Below, piece after piece: positions 12,029 to 23,871 of a DNA stretch of 64,000 nt. The translations under genes were made by a program, and so were the position numbers. Positions within the stretch are counted from its first letter, which is position 1. The number at the start of each line of letters is the position of its first letter. The stretch covers positions 1 through 64,000 of the forward strand of contig JBEUKZ010000065.1 in assembly GCA_048128005.1 (NCBI GenBank), in the 5' to 3' direction. This DNA comes from Veleropilina oligotropha. Lineage: Eukaryota. A model generated the notes under the pieces. That model ran no database searches. It was given only the letters and a program-made list of their open reading frames with translations, and was not told the DNA's origin.

Positions 12029-13320
12029 ATGGCCGCCGACAAAAATGTATTATTGCTGCCGATTTTGATGGAGACGCTGGACTGTGACAACGATGTCACA
12101 TCAAATAGCAGCATCATTCCAGTGCTGGCACTATCATTAGCTATAGGGTAAGCATATATGTAGTACACATGGTGAGAGCAACACCGTGGCATACATCAGC
12201 CACTATCAACACGTTTGTGATAATTCCAACTGTGAAACTTCTTTGTTCTTAACACTCGTAAGTAGCAATGTCTTGCGAAACATTACTCTTAAAAACCTTT
12301 TTATTTCCGTTTTTCAGACACAGAGAGCAAACAGCAAAGATAATGGGCTATGTTGAAACTGTAGTTCCGATGTACAACTTCCAACAGTTCAAGACATTCT
12401 TTAGACTAAGTAGACATACATTTGAAAATCTCCTTATTCGAATATCCACAAGAGCAGAGTTTATACCAAGATACCCAGCAGCAGGCAGAGAACGAATATC
12501 AAATGAAAAAATCTTGCTCATGACATTATGGTATTTGGCAAATCATGATAGTGTTCGATGTATCGCAGACAGATTTAATGTTTCTGAAGCCACATTTATT
12601 ATTTGGCAGAGACGAGTTATTGATGCCCTGTGTGAATTTTCACATGATGTTATCAGATGGCCTGTCGGACAAGCGCAAAGGCAGATCATTGACAGCTTTC
12701 ATAGAAAATATGGATTTCCTGGCGTTTTGGGGGCTATCGATGGAACTCGCATACGTATTGAGGCTCCGTCTGATCATCCTGTGGATTATTACAATCGCAA
12801 AGGATATCATTCGGTTGTACTCCAAGCAGTTTGCCGGGAAGATCGGTGTTTCACCAACATATATTGTGGCTGGCCGGGCAAGGTTCATGATGCGAGAGTG
12901 TCTAGAAATTCTCCTTTATACGACATGGGTCCAAATTTGTGTGGAATGAATCATCTGCTAGGAGACGGAGCTTATCCGGTGAAATCCTGGTTACTCGTGC
13001 CATATCGAGATAATGGACATCTTACGGAAGCTCAGAAGACCTTTAACAAGAAGCTATCACAGATCAGAGTTGCTATAGAACAAACTTTTGGTATTCTTAA
13101 AGGCAGATTCCAAAGATTACAGTATGTAATGGTCAGAGATATTGAAAACATTGTTAAAGTTGTTGTTGCCTGTTGTGCATTGCACAATATTTGTATTCTG
13201 AATGACGACGAATTAGAAGACATTTTCAGTGAAGATGAAGTGAATGGAATAAATGTGGTGGGTGCCAATGATGATGTTCACGGTGAACAAAAGAGAATCT
13301 CTATTACAGACATATTCTGA
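12029..13320 (+). CDS. Harbinger (HARBI1-like) DDE transposase; exons 12029-12147 and 12318-13320, 373 aa
   Basis: GAIDGT..YYNRKGYHSVVLQAVC..GWPGKVHDARV..LLGDGAYP..FNKKLSQIRVAIEQTFGILKGRF..CCALHNIC; phase-2 intron GG|GTAAGC..TTTTCAG|A keeps the frame. Confidence 0.88.
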
Positions 13321-15107
13321 GTAAATAATAAAAGCATGTGCGCAAATATCTATGGTAAATTCAGTTACACATGTACAAAATCTACTACAATATGGATATT
13401 AAAAGTTAATTTGTTTTTTTTATAAATATATTTGCTCTATTGTTTCATCTTAAAAATGTAAGCAAACAGTTCATCTTGAGAAAAGAAACTTAATTGAATG
13501 ATACATCTACAATTAAAAAAATCTTGGTGGGCTTGTCGGTCCTATTATTATAATGTGTCTCGGAATGGATTCATGCTTAATGTTCTGTACATTTACATCC
13601 TTCAGGTTCAAGGCAGGACATGTACATACTATCGTGGGATGAAAGTCCACGGGAAAATCCACCTTCTTCGGACAGTCATTGACAACTTTGATTGATAACG
13701 TAACAAAGAATGTCATTACCCCAGCAAGATTCTAACTCCTTCCTGTTAGTTAGCGAAATCGAGCCCGTGATTTCAGAGTGGACACTCGAAACCACATGAG
13801 TTTATTAAGATTAGTCGCGTCAACCATGTATGCCCATAAAATGTTCAAATTGACATCAATTGTATACATGTAAAATGTGGAAGGTCTTTGGTGATTAGGC
13901 GAAGACATATTTGCTGTCACTGTTGTATAGAACGTTTTGAAACATTCGGTCTCCCCTACAGTCCAATGTAATTTCACATTTGGCAAACGATGTCAGATAT
14001 TTCAATGAAATTGCATGTATGTCTGCAACGGTCGATTGAAATATTTTTCACAATATCTTCTGCACAAGGCTTCACCCATACAGCAAACATCTTCATTGAT
14101 ATGATCACAGTTCTTCCCATGAGCAAACGACACCATTTAATGAATCCGTGATGACTGTATCTGCATGATTACTAATTTAGTATATTTAATTATCCTGTAG
14201 GGTAATAGTACTATAGGTCGAATATTTTGTGACATTGGCTCCAGGGTCAGCATGGTAGAGTTAATACGGTGCTGGTCTGTTAACGCGTACACAGCACCCA
14301 TTGGCATGGTCATCTTTGGAATGATCGTTAAACAACAATTCATCACATCGGCCCCACTCTAGGAATATACCTAATATCCATTGCAAAAACAATCAGAACA
14401 TTGGATTGGAGACATTTAATTAACAATAAATTAAAACAAGCAATTGTTTAACAGCAAATATAAATATGTGTAAGCTGACACTAACTTACTGTTGAAAGTT
14501 TGTAGATAATAAATTAAGCACTTTCATTTATATATAATAATGGACAAAGCCAACATTTGTACTTAAGTATTACCAGTACGTGATTAAAATTGTAATTATA
14601 CATTTAACAAAGAACACTGATAGTGTTGATAATAAATGAAGCACTTTCAATTAGATAATAATGGACAGAGCCAACATTTGTAATTAAGTATTACCAGTAC
14701 GTGATAAAAATTGTAATTATACATTTTAGGATAATACATTTAACAAAGAACTGACACTAACTTTCTGTTGAAAAGTTTGTAGATAATAAATGAAGCACTT
14801 GCATTTATATAATAATGAACAAAGCCAACATTTGTAATTAAGTATTACCAGTACGTGATAAAAAAATGTATTTATACATTTTAGGATAATATATTTAACA
14901 AAGAACTGACACTATCTGTTGTAGATAATAAATTGCATTTATATAATAATGGACAAAGCCACCATTTGTAATTAAGTATTATCAGTACGTGATACAAAAT
15001 GTAATTATACATTTTAAGATAACATATTTAACAAAGAACACTGATAGTGTTGAAAATAAATGAAGTGCATGCATTCATATAATAATTAACAAAGACAGCA
15101 ATTGTAA

Positions 15108-15779
15108 TTAAGATATACCAACTGGATTGTACATGCTGTACAATGCTCTGGGGTAATGCAGAAAATTAGATGGAATTTGGTCAATTATATTGTGCCCAAA
15201 TGTTATTTTGCCACACAAATCATTAAGCAATTGTGCCCATTCTTGTTTGTTCCTACTTTCCATTTCAACCAGAACAAAACGCAGTCTTGGAATATTGTAA
15301 AGGAATTTCCGAACCGTACAAGATGAGAAAGGCACAGTCCTGGTGATCTGGAGGGTAACAGTCCCAACCAACTGCCGTGCATCTAAGACTACATTCATGT
15401 CACATAAACAGATATTTCTCATTCCATCAATAGTTAAAAGCATAAGATGAGGTCGCATATTAAGAAGAGTGCTGGCAAATGATTTTAATAATTTTATGTT
15501 ATGAGAAGTAGTTGTTGCTTCTGCCAATAAGGTAACGTACTTAACTTTAGGTGTTAAATACATAAAATTGAAATTGTGACAGTGTTTCAATGGTATAACC
15601 CAACAGTTAAATGATTGTAATATTTGGCATCTTAGGTCCCGATTGATCTGTAAAATATTTCTGGAATCTTCCTCGGATAAATAAATTCTTATCAGCCTCC
15701 ATATCTCTTCTGGAAGTGAGTTCAGATTTCCAATAGCTGAAAGAAAAAGTAAATATGTAATTTCATAGGAGACGAACAT
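15108..15779 (-). CDS. Harbinger-borne F-box-like protein (copy 2), 223-aa ORF
   Basis: Open and 4 aa different from copy 1; same F-box-like N-terminus. Confidence 0.6.
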   Translation of the reverse strand: MFVSYEITYLLFLSAIGNLNSLPEEIWRLIRIYLSEEDSRNILQINRDLRCQILQSFNCWVIPLKHCHNFNFMYLTPKVKYVTLLAEATTTSHNIKLLKSFASTLLNMRPHLMLLTIDGMRNICLCDMNVVLDARQLVGTVTLQITRTVPFSSCTVRKFLYNIPRLRFVLVEMESRNKQEWAQLLNDLCGKITFGHNIIDQIPSNFLHYPRALYSMYNPVGIS

Positions 15780-16256
15780 ATTGATGACAATGACACATAC
15801 ATTTTAACCCGAGGCTTTGGTTCTTATGCGATTGATGCTTTGGAAAATCCTCTGTTGTTATATTGTGGCATGTTCAACATTTCATAACATTATCATATAA
15901 TATTATCGACTAAGGTACGCCTTACGGTACAGTATGGTACGGGTGAGAAGAGGTATATCATTATCCCATCACTGTTCAATATTAAAGTATTGCAGTGTCA
16001 TATAGGAAATTAAAAGTGATTAACCCTTTTTATTAACAATGGTGCGCCTCAAGTATTACCAGACAACCATAATTGATAGTTCTGAATATGGAACAGTGTT
16101 GGGAATGTGGAAACACAATATCGAAGTTCCCTGTAATCACACATGATGTAAGAGTAAATTTAAATAGCTGCTAGTGAAATAAGCGCAAAATTTCGTGTGA
16201 ACTCCTCTGATTATTAAATTACCCTTTCAGGTAAACATACTTTTGCTAAAGCCACC

Positions 16257-17953
16257 TTATTTTTTTAGGACATCAATGAGACTTTTAAGAAGTTGCACTT
16301 TCTCGTCATGCTGTACTTTTGCCTCCTCGCGTCTTTGTTGCTCCAATACCGACATATTATCAGTGTATTCATGCAAAACCGATAATACTTGTGATGTCTG
16401 GCCTTGCGATTTTCTTTCACGCTTCATTTTCTTTTTTTTGTTACCTGATGGGCCTGAATTTTCGCCACATGCAGACTGTTCAGGCGCATCAACATCACAG
16501 TCTGGGGTATTTTCTCCATGGCTATCCTCAAATGATCCACTAGTACTTGATGATGACGTTGTTGGATTCGTAGGAACATCTGACCCCATCACAAAGGCTG
16601 GTTCTGTTGTATGATCTTGTCCGAAGATGTCAGAAGACGCCATTTTGAAGTAACTATTCTAGTTCTTATTCTGTTATTCTAAAAAAATCGTCGAATAAGC
16701 AGAATACATTCCATTGACTCCAGAATACAAAGGCTGGTTCTGTTGTATGATCTTGTCCGAAGATCTCATCCATTTCGATCTGAAACTGAAAGGAGCTTCT
16801 TCCTTCTCCAGATTTCTTCAATTTATCTTTATGTTTCCTATATGCATTGAGAAGCATTGAGAAGCGACTTCCATTTATTTTCCACCTGATTTGGTGTTAC
16901 GATGACATCTTTCTTTGCAAGATCTCTACAAATAATATCCCACAGTGTTTTTCTTTTCAATTTCGCGTAATTATGCTGTTTATATAGAGATATTAATAGT
17001 TTTGTCGCCGTATTGCTCCAAATGGCAGCTGCCTCCTCCTCTTTAATTGGTTCCTCTGAAATACATGAAAATACCTTTCATCACATGATACCAAGTAACA
17101 AGCAAAAGAAACCGTCAATATGTAGGAAATTGTCCATTCACAGGCTGCATTTTATCTACGAGAAACCGAATAAAAAGCTACAATATACAAACCGACCCAA
17201 TTGAAATACCTTCTCCCACAATAAGCTGAGACATCACTTGAGAGTGAAGGTAAATTTATTTATTACTCGGGTGTTGAAGATCCAAGTGTTAAGTAAAATT
17301 CTCGTATCCTATAGGTATTGGAAAAACGATTGACCGCATTCCCTTCATTTTGATTGGATAATATCAGTTTGATGATGCCAGGTCACGGAAGTATATTTTT
17401 CATTAATAATCAAATAAACAAATATACGTATATAAATCTAAATTATATTGTTCATCTATAAACCCTTTATTAAACATTTAATCTTCTTACGCAAATGTAG
17501 TAGGCCATTGTAAGTTGTTACAACTTTTGCCTCATCCAAAAATTGTTAAATGAGGTGGGCACAGCAGATCGAGAGAATATTTCGAGCGATATCTAACGTA
17601 GCCCCATGTTTTGTCGAGAATGGACAACCGGACATGTGGACAGACAGGCAGTCGGGTGGTCAGCATCAATTATAAAGGCGATGTCAGCACCAATGTAGTC
17701 ATTTAACTGTAGTGTCCTCAACCCGAACCTGGTCTATATCAGATTCAGTCTACACGTGGTCCTTCGAACGATGTGTTACTTCAATTTTCTGTATTAAAAT
17801 ATCATATTTTGCATCGTAGAAACAAATACATCATGGCTATACTAAATATTTACCCGAAACATCACATGTATGATCCTGAAAACTATCAATATCATCGAAC
17901 ATCCGTCGGCAGTCGCCGCATTCGTAGCGCATGTTAATGTCAGAAGACGCCAT
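16257..17953 (-). pseudogene. Harbinger ORF2: C2HC zinc-finger exon (17953-17854) plus Myb/SANT-like (trihelix) exon (17055-16257), disrupted
   Basis: IWSNTATKLLISLYKQH..KTLWDIICRDL..VTPNQVENKWKSLLNAYRKHKD..SGEGRSSFQF..EMDEIFG, then an acidic linker and coiled-coil C-terminus; broken by a 10-bp duplication (~16844-16865) and a ~100-bp insertion (~16628-16728). Confidence 0.8.
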
Positions 17954-18193
17954 TTTGAAGTAACTATTCTAGTTCTTATTCTGTTATTCTAAAAAAATCG
18001 TCGAATAAGCAGAATACATTCCATTGACTCCAGAATACAATTCTGGTACAAATCGAACATTTTAGAATATATTCGGAGTTATAGAATGTGCAAATCGAAC
18101 ACGCCAGACCGGAGTTGCAAACTTTTCAGATATTGCAGCATATTCGTGCGAAACTAATACATCGCAACACGCTAGCTCCGCTTATGTCTTAGC

Positions 18194-18355
18194 ATGGCGT
18201 CGGTTCGTAGCAGACTATGCGGCCTGCTATACGAGCCGATTATTTTAATTACAGCTAATAACTGTCGGTGTTTTCGCTATTTTTCAAGCAATAGACGAAT
18301 ATCTTCAAGATGGTTCAGAGATGTTGGTTCTACAAATCGTGTTAGGGTTAAAAAC
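18194..18355 (+). CDS. PDSS1: PDSS1 exon 1 (mitochondrial-presequence-like)
   Basis: ATG..Arg/Ser-rich MASVRSRLCG..RRISSRWFR..KN ending at AAC|GTAAGT, phase 0; gives a 412-aa spliced product. Confidence 0.7.
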
Positions 18356-18749
18356 GTAAGTACTGTCCCAGTGACCTTGTATAGTTGTCGCCCATCATGC
18401 CCCATGTGCAGATGTGGTTGTTGACATTTCACAGGTTCGCCGGTGTCGCGAACTATACCCGTTACCTCACACCTGACTGTCACTATACCGTACAAGTCTT
18501 ATCAGTAATATCAATAATACATATTTTAATATCGAATCTTGTAATTCATTGATTTGTGGTTATCTCACTAATATTGTTCACTTGTAACTATGATTATAGG
18601 TACTCCATTTAATGACCTTTAATTTATATCCAAGCTGCGCTCTAACCTTGTAATCATGAATTAAAGTCACACTAGATAATCCGATTACTTTGTAATTTAG
18701 CAATAATGAATATTACCTCCAGAGGTTACATTATAACAAAGGGATTCAT

Positions 18750-19165
18750 CAGGTTGGGAGAAGTCACTTTTCGGGATATAAAATATATCCCGATCGGGAT
18801 ATCAAATTTTGAAAATCGTTTTTTTCAGTCAAGTAACAAAAATCTAGCAAACGTAAGTATATGAGAGACGATATTAGTAAATAATGCTATCAAATTGAGC
18901 CTCACTGGTCCTGAATTTAACGGCGTAAAATCAACAGATTTCGTCGATTTTTAGACGTGAAATTAAGACCCATCGAGGCGCAATTTCATAGCATTATATA
19001 CTTATATAGCCTCTCATATACTTACATTTGCTAGATTTTTGTAGTTTGACTGCAAAGAATGTTTTTTAAAATTTGATATCCCGATCGGGATATATTTTAT
19101 ATCCCGATTGAGATATATATCCCGATCGGGATATATATCCCGAAAAGTGACTTCTCCCCAACCTG
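18750..19165. mobile_element. Palindromic MITE with CAG termini and 5-bp TSD (hAT5-like)
   Basis: CAGGTTGGGAGAAGTCACTTTTCGGGATATA... inverted at 19165; TTCAT on both flanks. Confidence 0.85.
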
Positions 19166-19214
19166 TTCATGTGTATGGACTCTTAAAATTGACCTTTTTC
19201 TAGTTCAATACATA

Positions 19215-20045
19215 ATAATGGTTACTCTGGAGTAAAAGTACCACTAATACCATCCCACATTCAAGACACCACTGATTTTATCTATAAAATAGAAAACGTC
19301 CAAAATCTCTCGAAAACAGAGATTCTAGTCACCATGGACGTCACATCACTTCTGTAAGTTCACAGCAATATCCCAAACCAAGAAGGCATAGTTAATAAAA
19401 GCAGTATTGTTCAACAAAACGACAGGTACCCTGTCAGTTGACCTCTACACCAAACCCACGGATACTCATGCGTACCTGTACTTCACGTCATCATATCCGA
19501 CAAAACTGAAAAGAGCTGGCCCATACGGCCAATTTCTGAGAATTAGACGAAACTGCACAAAAATAGAAGACTACTCCAGACACGAAGCAGATCTCATCCG
19601 GTATTATAAATACCGTGGCTACCCTGAGACAATCCTCGAATCAAGCTCACATAGAGCGAGAGAAATAGATCGGAAAGAAACCAAAAACGGACTCTACAGA
19701 CGAGCGAAAGACCTCACTGATCACAACGTTTAACCCACACAGCGCAAACCTGTGGGAAATCCTGGTCAAAATATGGCCACTACTCAAGTTGTCTACCACT
19801 ACGCAACACCTTGCCCAGACACAGACTCTGATAGCCTACAAAAGGAACAGAAATCTTCGTGACGTACTAATCAGAGCTGAATACCCCAGCTTCAAAACTG
19901 TACTCCGTGATACAGAACGCAACATGTCCTCGGTCTGCAACAAAACAAATTGCGACAGGTGCCCTTGGATTTCCGAAAAGAAACACTTCAAATCCACGCA
20001 CACAAAAAAGAAAATGTATCACAAAACAACACCAGGAGACTGCAA
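19215..20045 (+). mobile_element. Penelope-like retroelement remnant (internally deleted RT)
   Basis: PSHIQDTTDFIYKI..ILVTMDVTSL..NIPNQEGI and VDLYTKPTDTHAYLYFTSSYP..PYGQFLRIRRNC..RGYP are PLE RT motifs. Confidence 0.85.
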
Positions 20046-20672
20046 TAATTCAGGCCTTGAAAATTGGCGAGAACGATTGTTTCGGAAAATTTCAAAATTC
20101 TGCGTAACCAGTTTATCGCTCACCCCATTTTCTCCTGCATAACCCATCGTTCGGTTACGCAAACATATTTTGCGTAACCCATTTTGTTATTGCTATACAG
20201 TTGTATTGTATATTGTATTAAAGGCGGCAGTCGCTATTATCTCGTATAATTATGTGATTTTGCGAAAAAACTTTCAGCATAAATATATTTTTCTTTAATG
20301 TACACTTCACATTTGTCATTTCTCATGACAAATGTACCATGCTTTGTAAACACGAATGGATGGAGACGTGTGTTCAATTTATTTGTGTAGATATAGCATT
20401 ACCGAGGCTCTGTTATAAATGATCACTTCGTACTGTTAATTCGAAAACCAGATGTGCTTAATAAATAATGTCTTTAGGCACTTAACTAGTATTTTTTATA
20501 AACATTTAATCAAAAATGTGTCATGACCAACTAATTTGTCATATGCGGCACGTGATAAGTTACTGTTTCATGTTTCTTCAATGTATTGACACAATACAAA
20601 AGGGAGATAATTTCGAACTGCCACCAGGGGGCAGACATGAAAATGACTGACACCTGACAGGATTTCCTAGTC

Positions 20673-21018
20673 TCTGAAGAAATGGTTTCACTTTACAAAC
20701 TCGCGATTTGTTAACACATTTTATCAGATGCCACAGGAGAGGATTATTGATAAACAGATAGGTACTACTCTAGAATGGATTAAATAGCGAAAAATATACG
20801 TTTAACTTTATATACTTTAATGAAACCTCAAAATAAGCTTGACATTTCTGAAGAAATGGTTTCACTTTACAAACTCGCGATTTGTTAACACATTTTATCA
20901 GATGCCACAGGAGAGGATTATTGATAAACAGATAGGTACTACTCTAGAATGGATTAAATAGCGAAAAATATACGTTTAACTTTATATACTTTAATGAAAC
21001 CTCAAAATAAGCTTGACA
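20673..21018. repeat. ~174-bp direct tandem duplication
   Basis: TCTGAAGAAATGGTTTCAC...AAGCTTGACA occurs twice. Confidence 0.9.
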
Positions 21019-21454
21019 AATTTAGTAAATTCCCCTTTTAACGAACATTCCCAACTATACATGAAGGTAAATGTACGCTATTTAATCAATTCTAGAGTAA
21101 TCCATGCAAAATGCATTGACCTGAATTACAAGAGTAAGTACGGAATACAATAGTTTAAATGATGTTGTTATTCGTTACAAGCGGTGACATAATTAAAAAT
21201 TGTTTGTTCACTTTGGAACTTATATTTTAAATTGTAAACAAGATCATTACGTGATGAACACTACTCTGGATATAGCTGTGTAGTCGAACCGTGTAAAACA
21301 TTTGTCAACATTCAAGAAATTACTCAATTTTCTGGAGACAAAATGATGAACTCAAATGTTTAGTTGAGCTGATGTGTATTCTGTGCTTATCAACTTGCAC
21401 CCCTTTATGTTATTGTTGCTCATTATGTTTGCTTCTCGGCTTTATAGATCTACT

Positions 21455-21640
21455 GTGGGACGGTAGGATGTGGGTTCAAACCCTGCTCCAGCGTGGATAA
21501 TTCAAATGCTTAAAAGTAATAGAAGGCATATCCCTAATGTATGTCGGTCAGATCGGAGCGAGACCATAAACCGGGTGTCCCGACTGCGATATGTTGAAAA
21601 ATTGCCAAAAAAGTGATCGTAAAACAAATTTACCTATCTA
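21455..21640 (+). mobile_element. tRNA-derived SINE, second family (partial)
   Basis: B-box GGTTCAAACC, core ACCATAAACCGGGTGTCCCG, tail GATATGTTGAAAAATTGCC..CGTAAAACAAA. Confidence 0.5.
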
Positions 21641-21711
21641 TAGATCTGCATACCTGTATCAGCCTTGCATCCAGTTATTTTGTCATTGCTCATAATGTCT
21701 TTGCTCCTCAG

Positions 21712-21876
21712 TTCTACATATCTGCGTATGGCGAGATGCTGCACCACTACGTGCACGGTTCGATGAGGTGTATGGCGACTGGTCTCGTCCACAACCAGGA
21801 CCAGATGAGCCTCGCCGCCAACCCGTATAAGCTGATGGAAACAGAGCTGTCCACACTGTGTATCGAAATTAAAAAA
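21712..21876 (+). CDS. PDSS1: PDSS1 exon 2
   Basis: CTCCTCAG|TTC..NPYKLMETELSTLCIEIKK|GTGAGT. Confidence 0.8.
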
Positions 21877-22293
21877 GTGAGTACAAATATGGATAAGATG
21901 AAGAATGCCATCCTTATTTTAAGTCTTATAAGTAGAGATACAGGTATTTCTACAGACATTAAATCATTGAAATTACATGTTGATGGCGATAATGCACGCT
22001 TTGTTGGACATACAAGCGATCATCAGTGGTTAAAATCCTGGCCCACAAAATCAGATATACATCTGAATCCGGGCCCACAAAATCAGATATACATCTGACT
22101 TTGATCCTGGAATTCCCCCATGGATGTCATCTCTGTTTCACATAGCATCAATTCATTTCATTTACCAGATTTAGATTGAAAATTATTGGGCAGTTGTTCA
22201 AATCATTTAATCCAACCATCATCATGTTGTTGGTTTGTTTGTTCTCAACCATGCGTTGTAATTTAGTCCGATGCTTTCATTTCTGGTTGCTAG

Positions 22294-22427
22294 GAGTTAT
22301 GGACGGGCACTGAAGAGCTACGCAAGATGACCCATTATTATTTTGATGGCTCCGGTAAAGCCTTTCGTCCAATGGTGGTTATGCTCGTTGCGAAGGCCTG
22401 CAATTTTCATCACGCAAAAAATGACTT
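22294..22427 (+). CDS. PDSS1: PDSS1 exon 3
   Basis: TAG|ELWTGTEELRKMTHYYFDGSGKAFRPMVVMLVAKACNFHH..|GTAAGT (prenyltransferase GKxxRP motif). Confidence 0.95.
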
Positions 22428-22886
22428 GTAAGTTAGTCCAGTTTTTCAGAATTTTTATGTGACTTGGAAACATCAAAGAGGTCAGGGCAATTGTAGACAA
22501 TTATATGTATTACCTTTTACAATGACAAGACCATGTAGTCTTGCATTGCGTTATAAATAAGGAGTAACATCCAATTCTATTTACTAGAAATTAAAACACA
22601 TTTATTTAGCGATTTAATATTTATGCCCATAATATTTATACCTCTGATTGCAGCTGCATTTTTTTGTTTTAGTTAAAAAACCATTGTCATCCATAATCAA
22701 CAAAGGTTAGTGTGTTTCACTGGACAATATACACCATGAATGACCACACTCCAATTGAATTTTTCGTTCCAAGTTATTACCCCGATTATGACTGATAAAT
22801 TGTTGGTGTGGTCATGAATTCATTCATTTCTATACTGCAATCAATTTTATGAAAGGTATTAGCTAATTATTTTTATGTGGTTGCAG

Positions 22887-23025
22887 ATTATTGCCGGCCC
22901 AGAAGAAGATCGCGATGATCGTGGAGATGATCCACACGGCCAGCCTCGTGCACGACGATGTCATCGACGCGTCGGAAATGCGGCGAGGCAGACCGAGTAT
23001 CCACCACCTGTGGGGGCAGAAGAAG
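22887..23025 (+). CDS. PDSS1: PDSS1 exon 4 (first Asp-rich motif)
   Basis: TTGCAG|..[40 protein letters not shown]. Confidence 0.97.
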
Positions 23026-23871
23026 GTGAATGCTATTCCGTGCTTTAGTCTCGGTTAAGTACATCAGGGGTCACGCTACAGGGTGAAGAAGTCGCCCTGA
23101 AATGTCCGACTTCGCTTAGGTTCGACCAAAAAGTGAAGTCCACTTCGCCTTGATGTCGCCTATGATTTATCGCTAATAAAATAGTCACACAACGTCACGA
23201 AGCAAGCACATAGAGATAAATTTATTTATGTACTAAATAATATTTAATTATAATTTATGGAAAAAATTTAAAACTCATTCATAGAATATTAAAATCTAAC
23301 GCTATCATGGATAACACGTTTTCATACGAATATTTGCGACAACTTCAAATGGATCAGGCTAATTAAGTTTACATCTTTATTCACAAAACAAAGACAGACC
23401 GATAAATAGCGCGACATATTCTGCGTTGTCGGTTACCCCGCTGTGAAATTTCCGTAATACATCGTATTTTTTGCCACCAAAGAATCAACCGACATATTTT
23501 GCCACATGGTAGACAAAGCCACCATTGTTCCTATGGGGTTTACACGAATCTAATCACGGTTGTTTACGATCGCACTTCGGCTGTTTCCGTGATTATAACA
23601 AGCATTGAAAATTAGTTTTTGGCAATTAATTTTGCGGTAACAATGAAAATACTGTTGGGTTTTTTTTCAAAGTTAACAGTTGTATTTTTGTTTTGGATAA
23701 ATTTAGTCTCAAAATGAAAGCGTGACTTCCCGATATTTCAGTAAGCTCATTAATATTCATTAGTTTCCAGATGTGGCGTCGATTCCATTGGATAAAAAAC
23801 CCATGACGAAACATAATATATTCACATAACATTAGCCTGTATTCAAGAAGGTAGCTAATGATCTAAATTGC

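Larger units (their letters stand above)
11828..18105 (+). mobile_element. PIF/Harbinger DNA transposon copy 2 (near full length)
   Basis: Left end CGTGTTCGATTTG (lacks the terminal GG), right TIR CAAATCGAACACGCC ends 18105; transposase on +, Myb/SANT-like ORF2 on -, near-identical to copy 1. Confidence 0.92.

Noticed and set aside
20219..21040. Possible TTAA-flanked element
   Set aside because: The putative ends match only over ~3 bp; no supportable TIR
22030..22098. 2A-like SDIHLNPGP at the end of ORF 21613-22098
   Set aside because: Lies in PDSS1 intron 2, lacks the conserved Glu and is created by a ~32-bp local duplication
21613..22098. 161-aa ORF as a stand-alone gene
   Set aside because: It is PDSS1 exon 2 read through into flanking intron sequence
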